Shown here one piece after another: positions 61,657-64,000 of a stretch of 64,000 nt of DNA (position 1 is the first letter of the stretch; every line of letters starts with the position of its first letter). This stretch comes from Rhizophagus irregularis (taxonomy: Eukaryota): NCBI RefSeq assembly GCF_026210795.1, contig NC_089431.1, forward strand, positions 620,001 to 684,000. Reading direction: 5' to 3'. The position numbers and the translations under genes are program-made. A model generated the notes under the pieces. That model saw nothing but the letters and a program-made list of their open reading frames with translations. It searched no databases and had not been told where the DNA came from.

Positions 61657-63131
61657 TTAAATTGTACCATCTTTATTATAAAACTTATTATTCTTTTTCT
61701 CAAAATTTCTTCCTTCAATCCTTTTTAAAATTGAAAAATACATTGGACCCCAACCATCATTTTTGTCCGGTAAAATAATCCATCCAAATTCAGTTTCTTC
61801 GCCAATTTCCCATCCAGATTTTCTTTTAATTACTTCTAATCTTACCCAACTATTTTCTAAAATTTTTTTAATTACACGGTCATTTTCCAAATTACTAATA
61901 GAACAGGTTGAATAAACCAAAATTCCATTAACTTTAAGAGCTTTTACAGCGCCTAATAATATTTTATATTGTTTTTTTGAAAAATTGTTTGATCTAGATT
62001 TTTTCCACATTAATAATTCTTTTTGATCATTAATTAAATGACGTTCTGAAGAACATGGAGCATCAACTAAAATTTTATCATAACAATAATTCTCCATAGG
62101 AGAATTCTTTACTAATTTAATTTGATACTGATGATATTTAAATGGAATATAAGACTTAATTACTTGTAAAAGCCTATGAAATCTTTTATTATTAATTTCA
62201 TTAGCAATTAACATTCCTCTTCCTTCATTTTTATTGTTGATTTGTTCATTATTATTTAAGAGATGTTGTAAAATAGCCAAAGATTTTCCACCAGGAGCAG
62301 CACATAAATCCAATACAATATCATTAGGTTGAATATCCAAAGCTTTTGTAACTATTAAAGAAGCCAAATCAATATGATAAACATTTAATAAATTACTATG
62401 TTCATCCTTTTTTGGTAAAGAAAATTTTGAATTACTAATATAACATAATATATCTAAATAATCAACTTTTCTTATATTATTATTATTTTTAAAAGAATTT
62501 TCAATAAATTCAATTTTACTATTATTTGAAATAAATTTATTTATCATTGTACAATAATTTTTATCCTCATTTTTTAATGAATTTAATAAATTATACCAAC
62601 GTTCTTTACCATATTGTTTAATATAAAAATCATCAAATGAATTTTTTATATTAAATAATTTTTTTTGTTGAATTCTTTCTTTCTTATTTTTTTTATTATT
62701 AATATCATTTTTTTTATCCTTCTTTTTAGTATCATTATATTTATTATTATTTCCATCATAATTATTATTATCATAATTATTATTATCATAATTATTATTA
62801 TTATCATTATTATTATTCTTATCATCATTATTTTTATTATCATTATTATGATTTATATAATTTATATTATTTGTATCATTTGTATCATTATTTGATTCAT
62901 TAAAAATGATTTTATTTGAAAATTTTTTGATTGATCTTGAACCTTGAAAAAAAAAAAAATTTTTTTTTTTATTTTATTTTATTTGTTTTTTTTTTATTAA
63001 AAAAATCCTTGCCACGTTCTCTTACCTGAATTCATGATCATCAGATTGTAATAAAATGAAAAGCATTTTTTATTATTAAATAATTGATATTGATTTGGAA
63101 ATTTTAATAATCTACTCGAAAATAACACCAT
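61657..63131 (-). CDS. RsmB/NOP2-family RNA cytosine-C5 methyltransferase (NSUN3/NSUN4-like, probably mitochondrial) with Asn/Asp-rich insert
   Basis: VLDLCAAPGGKS, ANE, DKILVDAPCSSER, LVYSTCS, GPMYFS. The frame extends upstream through an N-rich tract to a splice acceptor near 62945. Exon 1 MVLFSSRLLKF resembles a mitochondrial presequence. Confidence 0.9.
62690..62895. repeat. (ATT/ATC)n low-complexity tract encoding poly-Asn/Asp
   Basis: attattattatcata repeats; reads NNNNYDNNNNYD on the minus strand. Confidence 0.9.
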
Positions 63132-63453
63132 TTTTTTTTTTGATTTTAATTTTCTTTGATGAAAATTATAAATTAAAAACAATTCACTGATCATCCATCA
63201 GATCACATGATTTACATATATATATTTTTTAATATAAAAAAAATAAATAAAATAAAAAGGCGAAAAATAAATACAAATATATATATATATAATATGAAAA
63301 AAAAAAATTTCGTTTTCTAGAAAGTGTAACAACAATGTGATCTAACCTGCTAATCTAATTTTTTGATTGTCGCATACGTTATGTATTAATTATTTCTACA
63401 TACATTCATTTATGATAAATAAATACATACATACATATATACATAGACCTACT

Positions 63454-64000
63454 TTATTCCAATATTTCTTTACCATTAAGAATAGTAAAATTTGCACCTT
63501 CAAAATCATTACTAACTTCTTCATATTTACCACCTAAAACCTTTGATAAAAATTTTTCTGTCATAGCATAAAATGATATTCTATTTTGAGGTCTAACAAA
63601 TCCATGACCTTCATCATTAAATAATACGTAACTAACTGGGATCGATTTTGATGTTAATAAAGAAACGATTTGATCCCTAAAAAAAAAAAAGAAAGAAAGA
63701 AAATTTTTAAGATTTTCTTTATTCGATAATCTTTAGAATAAAATTATTCAATTAACTTACGATTCTGCGCGTTTTACTCGCGGATCATTTTGACCTAAAA
63801 AAAAAATAAATAAAATTTATTATTAAATTATTATATATACGTATTCATTTTAATAACAATTAATACCTTGACAAATTAATAATGGTTTGTTAATATTATC
63901 AGCAAAAGTTAATGGGCTACGACTTGTCAAAAATTTAACACCTTCTTCGGTTTCAGGATTTCCACCAATACGTTGTATTAATTCACTAATCCGTGATTTC
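63454..64000 (-). CDS. S9-family (prolyl oligopeptidase/acylaminoacyl peptidase) serine peptidase, 3' exons only
   Basis: RSPLTFADNINKPLLICQ|GQNDPRV (catalytic Asp) and YVLFNDEGHGF (catalytic His); two GT-AG introns. Confidence 0.93.

Noticed and set aside
62646..62895. Poly-Ile ORFs on both strands
   Set aside because: Alternative-frame readings of the (ATT)n tract that encodes poly-Asn in the NSUN gene.

Overview
AT-rich eukaryotic DNA with short GT-AG introns. The gene families (Crinkler, F-box/LRR, cobalamin chaperone MMAA) point to a non-Dikarya fungus, probably Glomeromycota (Rhizophagus-like); this is inference. Roughly 1-26 kb is a gene-dense, less AT-rich mobile region. Its core (1-14.7 kb) is a decaying endogenous DNA-virus-like element with: the C-terminus of a nucleic-acid-primed family B DNA polymerase; a Polinton/adintovirus-type rve integrase fused to a Zn-ribbon plus PD-(D/E)XK endonuclease; an A32/FtsK-HerA packaging ATPase; and, head-to-head with the integrase, a retro-type Gag capsid then aspartic protease then 37-aa peptide. 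These three ORFs are joined by two near-identical candidate -1 frameshift signals (A9-G-TGA-R-TTACG). No reverse transcriptase or jelly-roll capsid is recognisable in the window. A 5.4-kb Helitron-like element with asymmetric inverted repeats sits inside the protease gene, and its Rep/helicase runs antisense to its CTAG end. 14.7-28.6 kb holds orphan/effector-like genes and MITEs, followed by a 5'-truncated LINE with a 16-bp TSD. 34-64 kb is ordinary host DNA: promethin-like protein, SAM methyltransferase, PDI/thioredoxin membrane protein, MMAA, ABCB transporter, F-box/LRR, leukotriene A4 hydrolase, NSUN-like methyltransferase and an S9 peptidase.
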